DNA of 28,127 bases, taken from contig JAAOMT010000631.1 of assembly GCA_016748015.1 (NCBI GenBank), forward strand, positions 6,384 to 34,510, read 5' to 3'. The translations under genes and the position numbers were made by a program. This stretch comes from Geosiphon pyriformis uo1. Lineage: Eukaryota; Fungi; Glomeromycota. Below are positions 23,050 through 28,127 of the stretch, piece by piece. A model generated the notes under the pieces. It saw only the letters and a program-made list of their open reading frames with translations. It ran no database searches and was not told the DNA's origin. How positions within the stretch are numbered: the stretch's first letter is position 1; every line of letters begins with the position of its first letter.

Positions 23050-25663
23050 TAATAAATTTACATTTTTTGATGATCTGTTTTTTCACTTATTACTGAAATT
23101 GGTTTCCAAGTACCTAATGATATTTTTTTAATTCACTTTGCTTTAAAAAGTCTATTTTTTTTATCCATGCAATTTCACTGAATTTTTTCATTTCTTCACT
23201 TAATATCTATTTATGGTCAATATCACAAAAAATATGATTAGAAACATTTGGATTTACAAATTGTGTCTTTTTTATCTGAACTTAAAATTAATTTGATTTA
23301 ACAATAAAGCTAGAACGTATATGAAACCTGTATATTTTACTTTTAGAATATCCAATAACATTAAAAAGATTAGTATACAATCTCTTAAATTTAATACAGT
23401 TAAACACTGCAATTTTCTAATGCTGTTGTGAAGATATAGAAAAAATTAACAATTTAAGTGTTTTGTTAATTTTTTCAAGTATTGCATCATAGTCTTAATG
23501 TTAATTTGAAAGTTTAGATCAAGAAATTACAATTTTTTCTTGAATCAGCTTGCAAACTTTAGGCTTCAATTGTAGTCATTGTTCTTTATCAACAATTTCA
23601 ATTAATTGGTAAATAGGATAGCACTAAGCAGACCAAATTGGTGCAAACATTCATCTAGCCATGAGTCTTAATGAAAACCTATTAAAACAAACTCTAGTAC
23701 AAAAGTTAATAATTATTTGTAAATAAAAAAAGACTTATTTATACTTTAATCTGAATATGAGATTTGTTTTATTTTGGGCCCATTTTAAGTAACCTTCAAC
23801 AAATAGATTTTTCTTAAAAACAATATATAGTCACATTAATTTGGAAGTCATTACATGTCTATATATATTATATATTAAATTCTATGACTTATAATAATCA
23901 AAACAATTTTTAAAAAACTGCAGTTGACTTTTACTCTAATATTCCTAATATTGTGCAAAATATTTTATATTAATATTTCAATTCAGCTCAACAAATGCTT
24001 TTAACATATTTATCTCTTCATGAAGAACACCCAAAACCAATATAAGCCAAGAAAAGTTTTTTTTAATTATTTGTGTACAATAATAAGATACTTTATTACA
24101 TGTTACTACAATTCATTTACGGCTACCATTTTTAATGCCAAATAGTTTTTCAATATGTTCAAAAACCTTTTAAATATTGGCAATTGAGTTTGGGTTTATG
24201 GCTATTGGATTAGAAACATATAATTGCAACATATAAATCTCAATTTCTGGATACAATTGTGTATTTTCAAATGTGTAAGAATGAGGAATGAGTTTTTTGG
24301 TGATGTCAACTAATTCATTCAATTGATTTATCTTGGTAATTGTTGATAATTTGTTATGGCATGCAGGACAAATTCACTTCTTATTATTAATATTAAACAA
24401 TTGACAAGCTGGGCATTTTTTTAAAGAACCAATTTGGCTTTAATGTTGTACTAATTCATCAATCACATTTGTATTTTGACTTTTCTCCACACAAAGCTCT
24501 TTTAAAATAATAGTAAGATAATTAGTCAGTTCTTTATAAATTTCATTTATTATATCTGAAGTTAAAAAAATAATTTCTCATATTCCTTTTCGGGAAGTTC
24601 AGAATACAACCAAGAATCTATGTTTTGAATATTATTAATTTGATTATTATTAAAAACTCATAACAATATTGAATATGACTGTATTATATCTGCGATCTAA
24701 GTAATTTTTTTGACTTTTTTGTTCATTGTCAAAGGCTAAAAATAAAAATTTATTGGGAAGCTTTGACTGTTCTATAGCCAAACTTTCTAACCAGTTAGTA
24801 AACTTTTTATAGCAACCGGAACTTATAATATAATTATCAATATCAATGACCATTTTCGATTTTGTTACTAAATATTTGATTGCCAAAGTGGCTAAATTAA
24901 TAGCAGAAACATATTTAAGTGTCTTGATCCATATATAGCATCAATTGCTACAACACACTTAAAAAACTTTTCCTCTTTATTTTGATATTCATTTTTCATT
25001 ATAAGTAAGAGTTTCAATAAATCTTACAATGACTGAATTTCGTTTTGCAAGTTAAGTTAAAGAACAATACTCTAAAAAACTATCTAGACTAAAACGTTCA
25101 TGATTTTTTTTTAAACTTATTATATTATTATACAAATTATTTTGTTTCCTTTTGGTGATTTCTGTTATGGATTTAATATGACTTTGTTGATTATTAAATG
25201 TTGCATTCTCAGATAATAATTGCTGATTGATATTTTCTAGTTCCTGTATCCATTTTATATAAACTTTATATATTGGATCTGGCAAGAATACTTGGACTCC
25301 AAAATCAGAAAAAGTTTTTTCTAATTCTAACAACTTGTTATTATTAGAAAGTTTTGGTCTTTTTTTTTTTTTTTCTAAATCTAAAAAATTTGAATCATTT
25401 GATTTAGTAATTCGTTTAATAAAAAACTTTTTAACAACAATCTGATTATAATGTCTTTTACATAAAGAGTAATTGTTTAGAGAGTCAAGTAATATAGTTA
25501 ATCTAAGAAAATACTTAGTTATTTCTATTATTCTTTCTGTTGCAACACTAACTGATGCATGTTGCCATCTTTGACTTTCTTTGATCTCACATTTTACTAA
25601 TTGACTTTTGTCATATTCACTAATAAGAGATTCAAATAAACAGGATAAGTCTTTGGCATTCAT
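23050..25663 (-). mobile_element. Large degraded transposase-like ORF (putative DDE/RNase H fold, DUF6589-like)
   Basis: ATG 25663. Motifs in order: LCKRHYNQI, FLAFDNEQK..KNYLD, Cys pairs at ~24350-24420, PIAINPNS, VVTCNKVSY (CDGxPY-like), LGVLHEEINML, DYDAILEKINK. Many stops. The family assignment is from motif recall only. Confidence 0.6.
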
Positions 25664-25919
25664 TATAAAGCAAGATGTAATTTTAAATCCAATTTAATAA
25701 AAAACTACTATGTAAAGTTGTGTGAATCTTTATAGATTCTAAAACTTTGTGTTTATAAAATATGTTTCTACTATTAGTTTCGATTTTTATATGAAGTATT
25801 TGATTAATAAAATATTATCGAATTCTCTATGCTAATAATGCTAAACAGTAATTAGATTACAAGAATTTTTTGTGAATTATTTCAGAATTGATCTACGAAA
25901 TTTAAAATCTCCTTAACTG

Positions 25920-27050
25920 TATTAAAAATAAATGAGTACATATAATAACACTTTTTGTTAATTAAAAGTTATGTAATATTTTTAATATCGATAAAACTAC
26001 ATTATTTTATATTATATTACCAAATTGAGATCTTATTACAATATTATGTTATGATACTAAACAATTAAAAGTGTAACTAATACTTGCTTTTACAATCAAT
26101 ACTAATAGAACTAAGTATTTGTCACCACTTATTGTTAATCATGCTAAATATTTATGTTGTTTTCAAAAAAAAATAGAAGAATAACTTGGTTTTTAATATC
26201 ATTCAAATATTTGCACTTAGATAACTGGTAATATTTTTTAATAATGACTTATTAATTAAGATTATTAGTTACATAAAAAAAACCAAAACATATTGTTATT
26301 AATAGACAATTTTGCTAATCATAAATATAATACAAAATTTATTACAAATATTTATATAAAACAGTTTATATTTAACTTAACAACATATATTTAGCCTATA
26401 AATACTAGAATTATTTATTGTTTTAAGACATATTCCTGTCACTATTTTTTTTATTATATATTAAATCTTTTTAATAATAATATTAATAATATTTATGTAA
26501 TTAACCAACTTTAAGCAATATGTCTAATTTATAAAACAAGAAAAAAGTTTTAAATAAAATAATTACTTATTACTAACAAAAAGTTGGCATTTTTTTAATC
26601 AATACAAATAACAACTTTTAGAATAAAACTGCAAACTTAAAAATAATAACTAATTATAATCAAAAAATAGTATAAGAAAAGATTAAAAATGAATACAAAA
26701 AATTCAATTATATATAACCAAATTGTACATACTTATTAATTAAAAAACTAATAAATTTATCTAAAAAAAACAATACAATTATTTTAAAATATCTGAATAA
26801 TAATAAAATTGCAAATTATATTATAATAAATTGTAAAACAAAACATGATAGCTCTAATAAAAAACAAAAAGTACAAAAAATAATAAGTATTAAAATATAT
26901 TAACTATTATTACAAATTTTAAACAATTTATAAAGCTTAAAAATAACAAGAAATTTTATGATATAATTAGTAAGCTTGCTTATGATAAATATATACTTCA
27001 TAAAAAAATACAAAATAAACAAAAACAAATAACTCTTATAAATTTCTTTA
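25920..27050 (+). pseudogene. pogo/Tigger-type transposase DDE_1 domain and C-terminus, degraded
   Basis: Reads IFNIDKTTLFY (FNxDETGLFY), ILLLIDNFANH (LLxDNxxxH) and NLTTYI*PINTRIIYCFKTY (PNxTSxxQPxDxGIIxxFKxxY), with many stops. Confidence 0.88.
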
Positions 27051-27211
27051 ATATTGTATAAATTATTTAAAAATTTTTATAAGAATATGCAAATAAATTT
27101 ATTTTTTAATAATATTATATCTATTTTTATTATATATATACTATATATACTTAAACTTAAGAAAACTTATAACTTGTAATGATCTATAACAATTTATATC
27201 TACTAAAAATA

Positions 27212-27235
27212 TAAGTTATTTTAGGTTTAATTGTA
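27212..27235. mobile_element. Probable decayed right TIR of the pogo element with TA target site
   Basis: GTTATTTTAGGTTTAATTG-TA resembles pogo-type ends (...GAGGTTxxACTG-TA) after C>T/G>A decay. It lies about 170 bp after the ORF end. No partner TIR was found. Confidence 0.4.
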
Positions 27236-28127
27236 ATATACTTTTATTAAAAATAGTTTTTTCTTATAATCAATACAAATAAACTTTAAGTATTAATATA
27301 GCTAGTTTTTTTAGTTAAAAAATATATATTATAAAATACTTATTATTAATTTTTTTAATTTGTCTTTTTTTATTTAATTTAATAATAATAACAAATTTAT
27401 ATAAAAATTGTTAATTTATAAAACTTAATAAGTTTTTAAGATAGATTTTTTTTTTAATTTTAATAAACAGTTTTTTATAATAATAGTTTTAAAATAATTA
27501 CAAATAGCTAGTATTTTTATATAATATTTGTTAAAATTTTATTAAAATTCTTAAATATTTTAGTTAAATATAATATTAGATTTAAAAAATTAATTATTAT
27601 TAATAAGTATTTAGTACTTTATAATTTTAATTATTAAGATTAATTAAGTATAATAATATTATTAACTTTAAAAAAAAGTCATTAATTTTATTAATTAAAG
27701 TTTTTATAATTCTATTAATAATAATTAAATGTGTATTAATAGTTATATTAACTTAATAATTTTATTAATCTATAAGTTATTTTGTAATAATATATAAAAT
27801 TAAAATTTAGAATATGTTTGATTTTTTAATTATTAATTTTTGTATTTATAAATATTATTATAAATAAGTTAATAAAGTTTAAAACAGTTTTATTAATTAG
27901 CAGTTTTTTTGTTTTTTTTAAATCAAATAGAAATATAGTAATAAAAATATTATTTTCTATAATTATAACAAATAAAATAATATTTAATGTGTTTAATTTC
28001 AAAAAATAAATAATAAACTAATTTTTTGATATAATAAAAAAACTTAAATAGCTTTAAAAATTTGAAATTATAAATGTGAATTTTTTAAATTTTTGATGTA
28101 TTGTTTTTATTATTAATTAGTATTATT

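Noticed and set aside
27240-28127. Organellar DNA or centromere/origin suggested by extreme AT content
   Set aside because: No organellar genes or periodic structure were seen. It is consistent with mutationally eroded repeat DNA.

Overview
Very AT-rich, intron-containing eukaryotic DNA. The gene families and element types suggest a Glomeromycota-like fungus (inference). I could not support any intact gene. The window contains: the 3' end of a Tc1 transposon (1-304); a 96-bp GC-rich element with terminal inverted similarity; a multi-exon Ig-like/multi-TM pseudogene (4762-8107, -) with a decayed tandem copy; a kelch-repeat pseudogene; a 5'-truncated RAD2/XPG pseudogene (13671-16935, -); a hypermutated dUTPase-bearing retroelement-like relic with 133-bp and 57-bp tandem arrays; and pogo transposase halves separated by ~5.5 kb containing a second transposase-like ORF. 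The most striking structure is a palindrome, with arms 11101-11860 and 12426-13221 (~98% identical by hand alignment) around a 565-bp loop. Each arm carries the upstream region and first three exons of the same gene, pointing inward. It sits inside an older, more diverged inverted duplication that was shortened at a 7-bp microhomology. This is a candidate hairpin-RNA/siRNA locus or a palindrome kept homogeneous by gene conversion. All alignments and translations were done by eye.
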